Below are positions 38,139-53,320 of a stretch of 64,000 nt of DNA, piece by piece. The position numbers and the translations under genes are program-made. Under the pieces are notes generated by a model. It had not been told where the DNA came from and did not search any database. It saw only the letters and a program-made list of their open reading frames with translations. The DNA lies in contig NC_043000.1 in the NCBI RefSeq assembly GCF_006345805.1, positions 30,070,001-30,134,000 of the forward strand, read 5' to 3'. This stretch comes from Octopus sinensis. Taxonomy: Eukaryota. The first letter of the stretch is position 1; every line of letters begins with the position of its first letter.

Positions 38139-39636
38139 ATATGTATATACATATATATACACACATACATATGTAAGTACTTCGTTGAAGCTTTGCATCT
38201 AGAGACATTTGAAGATACATACTGGCATGAAAATAAGAAATGAGATTTGCCTGAAATTTGCGTATTGGTTTATATAAAAAAATATCTATAATCTGTGTGA
38301 ATGTGTATGTTAACGGAATTAGGTGGGAAAACATTACCGACCTCCTAAATTCGGAAAATGAGTGACTGCAGTGTATACACTATTCTATATGATAGAGAGA
38401 TTTTCAACGCGTATTTTCTTCAGGTGACTCAGTTACTGTCATATACACGCAGTATCACGCCAACAGATTGATCAAAGATGCGTTTTCTTCTACCACTTGG
38501 GAAGCTGACAATCAATGAGAGCAACAATGATGTGAAATCCTAAATCGAGATAATGTCTTTTGGCTGTTTAACAATTATGAATAACCAATTCTAATTATCC
38601 CCCGAACATGCATTGGATATTCATAAATGCATTGTAGAAGGATACTATTATGTAATGAGATGTGACACTTTGTTTTGCTTCAGAAGAATTCCATTTTTTT
38701 ATCTCATCAAATGAATAGCATATTAGAATATTGTATGGCAGGTCATGTGTTTTTAAGATATATAATTTGTATTGAACATCAATGACTCAGATAGTACATA
38801 ATTTATTAGTAACGTTAAGAACTTGTCGACTCTAAATGTTTTAATTTTGTTTAATAAAATCTAAGATGAACTAGCTTTTTTGTAGATATATGTACATTTT
38901 CATTATTCATCAATTAGAATATACCGTAAGACAATTGAGCTATTAATAAACCCAACGTAGATCTCTGCAATGCCCATTACAAAATATATCTGTAGTCGAT
39001 TTTCATGTCCATAAAATTTCCTCAGAATTTTAAAATCAAATCCGGTATTAGGTATAAAAAAAAGAGACAAGATTGTGTTCTTTCATAAATTCACGCATTT
39101 TTACGTCAGTACAAGACACCTAAGATATGCGACTGTCATCTGTGGCTTACGTTAAATGTAAATTAAATAAAATTATGAATATCTTTAGCAAACCACATTT
39201 CTCAAATAGATATTTACGCATACAATTCATAACACCAGAAAATTATAACAATGAATCGATAGTAATTGTAAATTTATTGCTTTTGTGCAAGGAACTTTTA
39301 CAAAACATATTGAGATGTTTGGATTTATAATTCCCCAGCATAGAGTCATATTTGAAGGTTAAATCTCTCGCAACGGAGACAATAATTTTAAGAACATTTG
39401 ATTAGTGATGCGTCAGTTAATGAAACACAATATACAAAACTTCATGAAGGTTTTTTCCAAAATGACGGGCTTTCACCGTGGAACTTTAAAAAGAAGAATA
39501 AAGGAGAATGTCTGCATAGGTTTCATAGCTGGTTATGTAGTCTTTTCTACCCCTTGACCTTTTGAAAGCTAAGAGAACTTTTAGAAATCATCGTTTAAAT
39601 CGGAGACAAACAAAGCTTTAACTTTAATACCTAAAA

Positions 39637-40025
39637 TCTCTATATATATAAAGCTGAAGTTGTCAGTGTATGGTAGGTTTGGTAGCCTTCAACTAACACT
39701 ATCTCCTCCGAGACCCTGCGCCACAAGTTGACCAAAGTTGAGAGTATGATAGAAGAAGGCCTGCTGCTCCTTCCGTAGGAGAAAACAATTCAAATCGGAC
39801 CATGTTAAGACCAAAAATTATTTACATCAAAAAGGTACTTTTATTCCATGAAAATCCCTATTTTTTACGATTTTTTGACTGCTGTGTCGCCATTTTTCGG
39901 TGTATTTCAACCAGCAAAATGTTCACTTAAAGAGAATAACAAGCTACATAATGCAGAATACTTTTCAAAAATTCCAATTCTAAAGGGTCGAAACAAACCC
40001 GTGAAACGCCGGGCGATACTGGTAG
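39637..40025 (+). mobile_element. Non-autonomous Helitron-like element
   Basis: A|TC start, subterminal hairpin CCCG..CGGG, end GTAG|T (near-CTAG), no TSD. Confidence 0.6.
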
Positions 40026-40469
40026 TAATTTCTTCATTTTATAGTGGTTGATAAGCGTATATGCACTAGCCTACATTTTTCAGAGTACTGAAACTAAATT
40101 AATTTATATAATAAGCATTTTGAATTATCGTCGCGGGGACGAAGCGAAGGTTTACTTGTCTCTTCATGAATAATCAATCAACTAATCGTATAACCTATCA
40201 GACAAGTTTCTTTATTGTTTTGTGTACGAAAAAGATAACAAGGTGTGTTGACATCTGTTTAGACTTTCAAAGGGAATTCATAAAAATGGTTTAATTACTT
40301 AAAATTTATCTGAAGTTCTCTCGTTTACGCAGTGTTGAGCATAAATATTTATTTATTAAATACGTCGTATATGAAAGACTAACGTGGTGGTCACCGGTGG
40401 AAAGTCTTTACTCATAAGATTGCTCACTCATGCCCGACATGAAATTAAACAAAACTGAAGACAACAACA

Positions 40470-40847
40470 TGATTACCTTCGTCTTAGCGAAGGCGGAGGT
40501 ATTGTTTTCAATCGCGTGTGTTTGTTTGGTTGGTTGTCCGTGGACAAGATAGCTCAAGAACCACTGGATGGATTCGGATGAAATTTTCAGGGATGTTTGG
40601 CCTCGTGATATTTGGCACAAACTGATCAGGTTTTGGGATCGATCTGGTACCGGAAAAGAGTTCTGTATCAGTTTTTCCTGTTTTATTTACTTAGTTTTTG
40701 AGAGTGGTGGGGTTTACATTTAGTATTCGTGTTTGTGAGAGCGGTCGGGTTCATTTCAGTTATTCTCATTCTAAAAATCCTCTCATGCCTATTCTTTGAA
40801 GGAACGTTGGTGTTGACTTGGCGGAGGTTTGCGCCCTCTGAGTACTC

Positions 40848-40848
<1 letters not shown>
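40470..40848 (+). mobile_element. Helentron-associated (HINE/DINE-like) element
   Basis: 5' palindrome ACCTTCGTC..GGCGGAGGT, 3' GGCGGAGGT plus terminal hairpin; copies at 42216-42548 and 50938-51290. Confidence 0.6.
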
Positions 40849-40889
<41 letters not shown>

Positions 40890-40908
40890 TATTATTATTA
40901 TTATTATT

Positions 40909-41494
40909 GAGTGAGAGAGCAGTGCATGCCATCAAAGTGACACTGAGGTAAAATATACGAAGTCCAGTATACCCATCATGACTACCCGTCTGATAAGGGT
41001 ACACCAGACACATGCATCAGAACCATATGGCGCGCAACATGGTGATCTCATATCAAGAGAAACAGCACATGACCTTGCAGGTGGGGCCCAGTTAGAATTT
41101 TCTTCTGGTCGAGTAGCTCATCCCGCTCAAAAGGTCCCTGAATAAGGGTTGTTTAAGGATGTTGAACGAACCACCCATGTTTCCAAAGGTGAATTATCCA
41201 AACCTCTAAGAATCCCCCTCAACATATGGCTATGATGCTCCCCACTACCTCTGCTCGTGATCAAAGATGCACATATCGTCAGCCATTATGGGACATGCTC
41301 AACTGGTTAATGTCGAACAACTGACAAGCAAAACTGTGATATTGAGCAGAATATTTTGTAGCCCATCTTTTATACCAAGACAAAACAATGTACATGATAA
41401 CATTTCCAATCAGTTAATATTGAGCAGAATATTTGCTGTAGCCCATCTTTTATAACAAGAGAAAACAATTTACATGATAACACTTACAATCAGT
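40909..41494 (-). mobile_element. (TAA)n-resident 555-bp element, copy 2 (truncated, with about 76-bp internal tandem duplication)
   Basis: Homology to 5165-5720; 41340-41415 repeated at 41419-41494. Confidence 0.8.
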
Positions 41495-41506
41495 TATTTT
41501 TATTAC

Positions 41507-42548
<1,042 letters not shown>

Positions 42549-43429
42549 ATTATTTTAAATACAACGGATTATATAATGAGTGTCATGAGGTTTATACATT
42601 TTTAACATCGTTAACACCGAAGGAAAATAAATTAGGATTTGCTGGGAATTGAAACTGGCCTTGTTTTATTTGTAAAAATAATTATTTCCCATGAACACAT
42701 TTCTCTTGGATGTCATTGAAGATTTAGATGACAAGCTCTCTCTAGCATAAAGTAATATATACAGCTTCACTGAAGACACACATCACACTGTATGAATCAA
42801 TTAATTCCGATGAGACTCTCTCCTTATGCGCTCATATTTTAACTCATGTTATGAGAGATAATTACCTGGGCTGATAACTATAACCTAGCATTTATTAGTC
42901 ACGCCTAAAAACACTTAAATTCGAAGTGATGTTGATGAAGGAGAATAATACAATGTTTCATTAGAAATATCGACGCGTTTTAAACTAGACTAAAGGCTAA
43001 GAACGTTAAACATACTATATTACATTTGCCCTACTACTCTTAACACTTCGCTACGAAATATTCCTGTTAAATATACTAAAAATTGTATGAAAGGCAAGTG
43101 TGTAGCTGGAGGATGTGAGGGATGGAAAAGTACACATTTCCTTTGTGCTGGCCAGATTGGAGCAATCTCGAGTATAACCAGCCGAAATTGATAATCTGAA
43201 AGAAAAACTCCGAATAACCCGTCCTTGTTTTCTTTATATCGTCTATCTGGATGTTTTTTTGTCCCTTTCTTGTATCACCTAAGTGTGTGGATGTTTTGCG
43301 TCCTTGCCCCATTTCGTTTTTCATATATATATATATACATATACCAAAACCCCTCACTAATTAAGGACTATTTGGGAGGAAATTGTACATTTCTGAAGAG
43401 CTGACATTACAACTCAATTACCTAATTTA

Positions 43430-44325
43430 TATTACTAATAGTCGGACTCTCTTACGGAAGTACGTGTGACATATAATACCTATATGTTTTATAAGCAGTC
43501 TCGCCTGTTTTATCTTGTTTTCTATATGTACCCTGTGACATAATTAAATGTGGATTCCACCTGAATCATCCGCAAATTGTATACGAGACCTCCGCATCTT
43601 TTACTAAGACGATCAAAGGAGAAATGTACCTTCAGTTAATTTCCGTAATATGGAAGAGTCATCCAGAAGTCTTTTACGCTTGTGTTTCGAAAACGAGTAG
43701 AGATGCTCATCAAATGTAATCCTGATCGATGTTAGATTATTTTTCTTTCAGGAATCATATCACTGGTGTTGCAAACGTGGGGCCAACTAACGAGTCCCTT
43801 ACCTTCCTTTTAATTTGAACGCTATCAAACAAATATTTGTTGTTTTCTAGCACCAATTCTAATAATTCTAATATAAATTCGTCTGGGAATCTGTCCTGAA
43901 TTGTGTTGGTTTTTGTCTATCCAGAATTCTATTGCCCCCAATCCTAATTCATAGAAGATATCTATGTGGAGGTTGATTGTATAAATATCCTTCGAATATT
44001 TATCCTTTCTGGGATGGGATTTAGTAAATCCAGATTATCATCGATGAAACTAAGAACCAGTTTACAAAATGGTTTCAGTCTTATCTCTGGTAAATTAATT
44101 CATCATTGGGTTCCTTATATTCCTGTCGCAATCGGGTGTAATTTTAAATAAGGCGGTTTGAGACTGATTGTATATACTATAAGGAGGTTCTTGAAACTGT
44201 TACGTATTTCTTTAGGTTTATGAATTTTCGGTAATCCGTAAAAGTTCCTTTTTTTTCCTTCAAAATTAATTAGGTAATCCAAATCATATTCTGTTAAATT
44301 GCTTTTTAAATTTACGCAGTGATTC
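43430..44325 (-). pseudogene. Highly decayed Penelope-like RT remnant
   Basis: NFYGLPKIHK and KLHPIA (LRPI-like) motifs in ORF 44115-44327; further GPTFA-like remnant downstream. Confidence 0.65.
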
Positions 44326-44659
44326 ATACGTTTTGTTCATTATCTATACATCGTGAATGTGAATTCTTATAAATGCATATACATTTTATTTTAACAACCA
44401 ATTATGAACTTTATCACTCTTAAATCTAAATACTTTCACCGATAAGACATCAGAATAAAATTGAAACAAGAAGTCTAAATACAATAATCTCATGACACAT
44501 ATAAATTGGTAGGAAAATCATCAAAACAAACTGACGTTCTAACATTGATAGCCGCGCTTTCTATGCAATATGTCGGACAAAATAATTGAGTACTAAATAT
44601 ATTTCTTTACATATTTTCTACAACCGAAGCTAGAGTAAAACTGTTGCCATTTTGAATAT

Positions 44660-44996
44660 GCTGAGACCCTCTTTGGCCATGACTGACCATGGAATTACAC
44701 CTTGAAAGTTACCCTCCCAGGCACAAGTCCTGGCAAGGTTGTTTACGGAAGACCAGCAGTCGACGATGCATACCAGCCTCCCCTCTCCACGCTACCAATG
44801 TTTCCAAGGGAAAAGCAAAGGCCGATACAGCTTGGCACCTGTGACGTCGCAACTCATTTCTACAGCTGAGTGACCTGGAGCAACGTGAAATAAAGTGTCT
44901 TGCTCAAGAGCACAACACGCAGCCCGGTCCGGGATTCGAACTCACCACCTCAGGATCGTAAACTCGACACTCTAGCCACTGAGCCATGCGCCTTCA
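44660..44996 (-). mobile_element. Family C SINE
   Basis: Minus strand TGGCTCAGTGGCTAGAGTG and GAGTTCGAATCCCGG; body matches 14745-15070. Confidence 0.85.
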
Positions 44997-46030
44997 CTTT
45001 GAATATAACGATTAAAAAATATGTAACCAAATTGTTAATTGACGCAACCAAATACTTCAAACAATGGGTTTCTTGAAACTGTACTCGTCAGAAGATTTTT
45101 TCCACGTCAGTGATTTTTCCCTTTTTGTTTTGTTTTCTGCTTAAACAGAATCTAGAGATAGTGTATTCTTACTGTTTATGAAAGCGAATTTTAATACGAG
45201 CTTCGACTTATACCATCACAAATATATATGGTTGTGTCATGTGATTCACTTGATTTGGTAGCCAATTAATTTCAAAATAATTTTGATTAGTACTCAAGAA
45301 TTTCGAAATCTAATTTAATTGTGTAATCTAATGATCATAAAAGAAACTAATACATCGAATCATTTGTTGTCTTGGGAGTACTGGACTTTAGCATTGCCAA
45401 TTAAAGACATCCATCTTAAACAAATAAATTAAAAGAAAATCACCGAATATAATATAATAAATTCTATAATATAAATATATATAAATAATATTATAAATTA
45501 TATAATTTAAATATAAATATATATAAATATATACAAATATGAATATATATATATATATAATAAAGAAATGTATCCTTGTGATGATGTAGCTATCAATGAC
45601 GAAAGTGAAGATAACGATGAAGGCGAAGTGGACGACGACAGCAATTAAGAAGATGACGATCCTAAATATAAGCACGGAGCGGGAATCGGAAAGAAGTTGC
45701 ACTTTTGTTTCACCAGCAGTTTTACTGTGTCTACGACATTTTGCCTATAAACCAAAGATAACGATAACGATGAGATGTTGATTAATAAACAAAGATTAAA
45801 AGATGATAAATAGCTAATGATTAAATGTAATTTTTCAAGAAATATAATAGAGTTTAAAAAACGATGTAAATAATTCTTTCAAAATTTGAAAGAAGGCGAG
45901 AAATTCCTTGGGGACGAGGACGTTGATTAAACCGATAAGCATTTTGTCCGATACACTAAAGATTCCGTCCGTTTGTCGCCTTTAGAATTGTAAATAATTC
46001 TTTCCACTAAAGGCATTAGACCTGAAATTT

Positions 46031-46400
46031 TTCAGGGTGGGGCTAGTCGATTACTTTTTTCAGGGTGGGGCTAGTCGATTTCATATTTCAGGATGGGGCT
46101 AGTCGATTTCTTATTTCAGGGTGGGGCTGGTCGATTACTTATTTCAGGGTGGGGCTAGTCGATTTCTTAATTCAGGGTGGGGCTAGTCGATTACTTATTT
46201 CAGGGTGGGACTAGTCGATATCTTATTTCAGGGTGGGGCTAGTCGATTTCTTATTTGAGGGCGAGGTAGTCGATTTCTTATTTGAGGGTGGGGCTAGTCG
46301 CTTTTTTATTTGAGGGTGGGGATAGTCGATTACTTATTTCAGGATGGGGCTAGTCGAGTTCATATTTCAGGGTGTGGCTAGTCAATTACTTATTTCAGGA
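46031..46400. repeat. 28-bp minisatellite (about 13 units) inside a family A SINE
   Basis: Unit TTCAGGGTGGGGCTAGTCGATT(T/A)CTTAT; flanks 45995-46030 and 46400-46560 are SINE A. Confidence 0.9.
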
Positions 46401-47068
46401 TTACAACGACCCCAGCTCTCAGCTGGTACGTATTTCATCGAGCAAGGAGGATGATCGACACAGTCAACCTCGGTGACATTTGAATTCTGAACGCAAAAAG
46501 CAGAAAGAAATGCGGTTAGCCATTTTGTTCCACGCGCTAACGAATTTGCCGGCTCACTGACTCGAACGATATAAATAACAGCAACAATTTTATCGTTTTC
46601 TGACGGATCGAGTTGACATCATATCAGGTTATCGCTTAAATGTTCACATACTCAACTCAACATTATGAAACTTTAATTATCAATTTAGTTATTAAGCCGT
46701 GCTAGACAGAGTTTTAATTAACTGGAAGTAGGTTTAATTATTTCAAATACGTTCAAACTAAAATAACTTCAATACAAGCGGCGGTTAAGGAAAATATGAT
46801 GTTTGGCTTATTTTATTATTTGGAGAAGCAAGGCCGACAACTCAAAGCATTGCGGCTTCAGTTGCCGCCTGCGAGTATGCAGTCTACATCACTGCGAATG
46901 CGGTGATAACTGAATTTTTATATGGAAAGTTCCCAAAATGATATGGCTTGTCACGAGATTACACGATTAATTCATAAGATTATTAAGTGACATTGACCAT
47001 TCATTAATATTCAAATATATGCGGTGTGTCTACGTACACACATATATGCACATATATGTAAGCATTAG

Positions 47069-47109
<41 letters not shown>

Positions 47110-47260
47110 TGTGTGTGTGTGTCCTTATATGTTATATGTTTATATAAATACATATATAAATTTAAAATGAGGGTGAGAAATTACATATTAATTTAATTAA
47201 CATCAATTTAACAGCAGAGGTCTACCAAATTAAAATCTGAAGGTTCAGTAAATTGAATTA

Positions 47261-47704
47261 TATGCATATGAGAGGGATGACCACTATGTGAACAACCCTT
47301 ATGCTAGAAGTAGATCCGCTATGGTCTTACCACTAGAAATGTTCTCAAGAAAAATTTAGCAAACACCAAAATTTATGCGAGCAAGACAAATGAAAAATAA
47401 TCACAAGTGTAACAGGTAGAACTAGATACATGTCCGACCTCGTGCGGACGTCCTCGTGTATAGTTCTGCAAATTATATTTGTATTGATGGTAACACTGAA
47501 GATCTACGGACAAATTGCGTAAGTAAAATTACGTAATCTGTTAATAGTGAAACATGTATGTAATTAATCTATATTTTTGTTACTTTTCCTTTGTCTTGCT
47601 CGCTTACGTTTGGGTGTTTGCTAAATCTTTCTTGAGAATATTTCTTAGTGGTAAGACCATGGCGGATCTACTTCTAGCATAGTGGCCATCCCTCTCATAT
47701 GTAT
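47261..47704 (+). mobile_element. Foldback element: 130-145-bp inverted arms around a hammerhead (47491-47563)
   Basis: 47261-47405 vs 47577-47704; taaca-CTGAAGA-t-CTA..TAG-t-GAAA-CATG-TA-tgtaa. Confidence 0.8.
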
Positions 47705-47707
47705 GTG

Positions 47708-47751
<44 letters not shown>

Positions 47752-48190
47752 ATATACATTTAAGCCCGTCGAGGGCTTACATCCCGCAATATCATATTAT
47801 TTCCTTTAGTCAATACACTGTCATCGCTTATAAGCTTTTAAGCTTATAAAATGTTATTTACGGAATATATATATATATATAAATATATCTGTGCGTGTGT
47901 GTATAAATATTAGATCGTCATCTTCGTCGTCTTCGCCTTCATCGTTATCTTCACTTTCATCATGGATAGCTTCATCATCACAAGAATACATTTTATTATT
48001 ATGTTTATGTACATGTCCAACCAAAAGAGTACACCGTCCAGTAAGAGATAAATATGATTTAATGTACGCACTACAAAACTAAGAACTACTTATAGTTTCT
48101 TGCTGTGAAGACACGTTCTTAAAACTTGAGAAGCCACATGTCTTCACAACAATCTATAAGTCTAATCTTTATACTCTGTGTATATTAACT

Positions 48191-48260
<70 letters not shown>

Positions 48261-48525
48261 TGTGTGTGTTTTCATATGCAAAGTTATATATAGAATTTGT
48301 TAGGCAAAATATATTAGAAACGCATATGAACAACCGAAATATATAGATAAATATAAGATTGTTCATTTCCAGTTGTACTATATTTTCTATAACATGTAAT
48401 CACTTCCCTCTACTCTTGGTGTATTTGCGTGTGAGTGACTGTGTCTATGTGCCTGCGGATACATATATATATATATACGTATGCATACATGTATATGTAT
48501 ATATGTATATATATATAATATATAT

Positions 48526-48571
<46 letters not shown>

Positions 48572-48574
48572 GTT

Positions 48575-48606
<32 letters not shown>

Positions 48607-48826
48607 TACAACCATGTACGTTCTGTGACACGCACACTGACGAATGTGCGATCTCATACAAAGAAATGTATGCATTTATCCTTACGCATCTATGTACATA
48701 CATATACACATGTATACATACATATATTATGTTATACATATATTTATGTATACTACGCACACAGAAACACACATATACAGAGATTCACACATGCGAACAT
48801 ATATATATATATAATATATATATATT

Positions 48827-48906
<80 letters not shown>

Positions 48907-49450
48907 CGCACATAAACATACATATGTGGATATACATACATATATACACGTGAAGATTGATGCATCAATAATTTACCAGTTCTACACATTAACGTCCAAG
49001 GAAAATATATACGGAATTCTTTGAACAAGTGAGTCAGGATTCACTTCGATAGTTTTATAAAGAACTACTGGAGCTTGTAATTTCTGGCAAAGCTCCAGAT
49101 GAATAAAATATTACCTTACTTATAGTGTCAATGTGATATTCTACAACGTACAATGTATATGTGTATATATACAATGTATATATGCATGTGGATAGTAATA
49201 TATAAGTATGTATGTATATATGTCTGTATGTCAGTCTATCAGTATGTATGTACGTATGTATGGATATATATATATTTAATATATTTAGATTGATAAAGTG
49301 TGAGGTAGATAGATAGATAGATAGATATACATTGAAAGATGTATGTTGATATAGCTATATATTTACGTATATATAATGATTAAGTTGATGGATATATGTG
49401 TAGAGTTTATAGTCTACACCTATATTTATCTCTATCGTTCTCTCTCGCTT

Positions 49451-49498
<48 letters not shown>

Positions 49499-49520
49499 TA
49501 TATATGTTTGTTTGTGTATG

Positions 49521-49570
<50 letters not shown>

Positions 49571-49626
49571 AATACACATATATATATTTATATACATGTA
49601 TAAATATATGAATGTATATATATATG

Positions 49627-49732
<106 letters not shown>

Positions 49733-50479
49733 TGTATGTATGCATGCATTATGCACTTACATAGAATGCAACATACTCCTGCTATATTTTTCTATAAATA
49801 TAGAAAATGTTTGTACTAACAGTCCAATAGAATAATCCATCGTGTCATTCTCTGTGTCTTATTTGGCTGTCAACGCGAGCTGTTCGTGCTAATTTATCTG
49901 TCCATTCCTCAAAAGACTGACTGCAAACCGTTCATTGAAAGAAACAACTCAACCTGTAATCTGCCATGAAAAACATGTCATAATGTATTAAAATGTACAC
50001 AACAAGAAATCTATATATTGTTACATTTAATGTATATATGAAGGAAAAAAAATATCGAATATTTTTTTCTTTATCCATTTCTACGTAAAGTGAATATTCA
50101 TAAACAAATATAGTCGTATTAACTGGAGCCTGAAAACATATATATGCAACAATGTTAGGCTAACAGGACACTTTATTGAATGCTCGGCATAGTTTTTATT
50201 TCTTAAGTTATTCGAGATGAACGCGTAAGAATTTTTACTTAGCATGCATTCTCTTGCAAGCCACAGGTTATATTCATTTCTCTAGCTTCGTATACATTTG
50301 TTATATTAGAGAAATATGAGCAATGGGCAATGTTTAACATGCGTGCCTGCGTGAACAAAGTTGTGTCACACGAAGCAGGGTGACGTAAATTTTTATTTTT
50401 TCTATTTCTTTTGAGCAAGTGATGAGTGATAAACATGGGCGCACACTCCACACATAAGTTTATCCAGAATTCTTTTATT

Positions 50480-50862
50480 TTTCATTTTTTTACTTGTTTG
50501 TCATTTGATTGCGACGATGCTGGAGCACCACCTTTAGTCGAACAAATCAAAACTAGGACTTTGTCTTTGTAAGCCTACTACTTATTCTATCCGTCTCTTT
50601 TTTCCGAACCGCTAAGTTACGGGGAGTTAAACACACCAGCATCGGTTGTCAAGCGATGGTGGGGCACAAACAGAGACACACAAATACATAAAGATAATAT
50701 ATATACATATACATATATACGACCGGCTTCTTTCAGTTTCTATCTATCAAATCCACTTACAAGGCTTTGGTCGGCCCGAGACTATAGTAGGAGACACTTG
50801 CCCAAGAGGCCACACAGTGGGACTGATCCCGGAACTTTGTGGTTCGGAAGCAAACTTCTTTG
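50480..50862 (-). mobile_element. Family B SINE
   Basis: Homology to 27337-27732. Confidence 0.8.
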
Positions 50863-50937
50863 CCAACCCTCAGAGAATGATGAAATGAATGCTAATTTTC
50901 TAAAGAAAAATATTTATTACTTTAAAATTAAATTAAT

Positions 50938-51290
50938 TAAGAACACTCAGAGAGCGCAAACCTCTGCCAAGGCAACACCAACGTACTCTTAACGATTAGC
51001 CGGAGATGATTTTTAAAATGAGAATATCTGAAATAAACTCGACTGATCTCACAAGCGAGAATACTAAAACTGAACCCGATTAAGTAAAGCAAAAACAGGA
51101 AAAATAATCCAGAATCCTTGGCCGGTAACGGATTGATCCCATAATCTAATCCTTTCGTGTCAGTGTCGCGACCAACAATCCCTGAAAGTTTCATCCGAAT
51201 CCATCTAGCGGTTCTTGAGATATCTTGTCCACAGACAACCAAAAAAGCACAGCTGAAACAATAGCTCCGACTTCAGTAAGGCGGTGATAC
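50938..51290 (-). mobile_element. HINE-like element, copy 3
   Basis: Reverse-complement homology to 40470-40848. Confidence 0.6.
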
Positions 51291-52485
51291 TACAACAAAA
51301 CAAAGACGTAAATATTCATTCTTGATAATTTCACGCTCATTCCTATGCGAATGCGGTAATCAAGGTTGTATTTTATGTCTATGGAATATAACATATTTCA
51401 AATTTATGTAACTTCTCTCATAACTACTTTGCCATTTACTATCTCTTCTCCCTTTCCTCATCTTCCGCCTCTTCTGTCAATACGCTGCTTTCTCTCCCTC
51501 TCTCTCTCTCTCATTACATTTTAGTGTTCTTTTATTCATTGTCTGTCACAAACCTTGAATGTGCTCCCTCCTGCATAATTTATGTTTACTCTCTCTGTAT
51601 AACTCTCTATATATATCTCCCTCTCACTGCCCCACTATTTGTCTATAGGATGTAAAGCGTGAGGAGGGAATTTAACCAACTAATCCACCAACCTACCAAC
51701 CAGCCAACCAGCCAACAATTATATCGTTTATTACGATATAGAAATTTATGTCGTCCTAAAATTATCTAAAATTATTTGTCAGTATGGTACCTTTACAACA
51801 ACAGGTAACTATATACATTTGAATGTATGCATGCATATATGAGTATATATTTCTCTACGCATACATGTTTTTGTATGCTTGTGTATGTGTGTGTATGCGT
51901 TTGTGTGTGTGTTTGTGTGTGAAACTATGTCTTCCATAATTAATTATGTTGGAGATATTAATAATAATCAGTAACTGCGTGTACAGAGACATACCGTTGG
52001 CTTTTTAAATGCATTCATTACACCATAAACATTAGAAATTCCATTATCTTAAACGGTTTTATATTAAAATATTTAACAATTCCAACATAAGATTCATACT
52101 GGCACGATCTAATTATCTAATTATATGTATTTATGTCAGAAGTGCAGGTTCCTTTGTTCTGCCGTTGCAAAGAATTACCGGATTATTATATTGCATCTCA
52201 TCTTTATTTCCAATTATCATTCTTCCAATTTAAATGTCTGATATTTAGTGGCAAATTGTAGCTGTGATATTTGTTTGCTTTAATTGCATGTTAAATTTAA
52301 CTTTTTAACATAACTATTAGTGTCGCATATTTAAATCTGTATATGTTTTACATTTCAAATTATACCAAGGTGAAAGATAATGATAATAAGTGTTGTAGTT
52401 CGCTTGAAGCATTGTAATACTGAAGAGTTTAAAAAGAGAGAAAATAGACGGCTTCTGTGGAAAGTTTAATAAAATCTTTATAGTT

Positions 52486-52562
52486 CAGGCTCAAAGGCCC
52501 ATCTACAAATGGCTCTGCTAAGAACAGCCTATATCTTGCGCAAAGCACTATCAATTCAATAG
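52486..52562 (+). pseudogene. Small R4/Dong-like C-terminal remnant
   Basis: Translates HLQMALLRTAYILRKALSIQ*, resembling HLKKTALRGTARILWKML at the end of the 3823-4569 ORF. Confidence 0.45.
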
Positions 52563-52789
52563 TAACGCTCAAAATTCAATAGAATAGGCTAAATAGAACA
52601 TCATTCGCAAACAACGCGTATCCTATACAATAATCTAAAACAACACAACTCATGTAACATTTCGATACAAGATAAGATAATAGAATAACACAACTCGCAT
52701 TACGCAGGCCGCAGATGATAGAACGCATAATAATTTAACTAGAAACAAGCAATTAAACTCCCCACAATAAAAATAGATTGATGCTGTAC

Positions 52790-53320
52790 ACCGATGGTGC
52801 TCAAACTTTTACAAGCTGCCCCCCCCCATACCCAAACGATTTTCCTAGCGCCCCCACCCCAACTAGCCATCAAAAACATTGACCTCTTTCTGAAGCCAAT
52901 TCAAAGCAACTGTATTTTAAAACTAAATCTAAACACAATAAACCCATAATTTTGTTGTTTTTACACGAATCGCTACTCCATTATCTGTTTCTTTACTACC
53001 CACAAGGGGCTAAACACAGAGGGGACAAACAAGGACAGACAAACGGATTAAGTCGATTACATCGAACCCAGTGTGTGACTGGTACTTTATTTAGCGACCC
53101 CGAAATGATGAAAGGCAAAGTCGACCTCGGCGGAATTTGAACTCAGAACGTAACGGCAGACGAAATACGGCTACGCATTTCGCCCGGCGTGCTAACGATT
53201 CTGCCAGCTCACCACCTTCGCTATTCCATAATCGCTCCATTTTTCTTCAACGCCCGCTTGGAACGTTCCACTGTCCATAGGAGGGTGGTTTGGCAATACC
53301 GGCCTCTTTGGGAACCGCTG
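52790..53320. mobile_element. Decayed hAT-like MITE containing a family A SINE (52985-53218)
   Basis: Ends resemble ..TGGTGCTCAAAC / TTTGGGAACCGCTG; SINE flanked by the imperfect duplication cgcta(c/t)tccat(t/a)at. Confidence 0.5.

Noticed and set aside
46031-46400. CRISPR-like regular array
   Set aside because: Units are contiguous 28-mers without unique spacers, derive from a SINE, and have no cas genes nearby; the context is eukaryotic.
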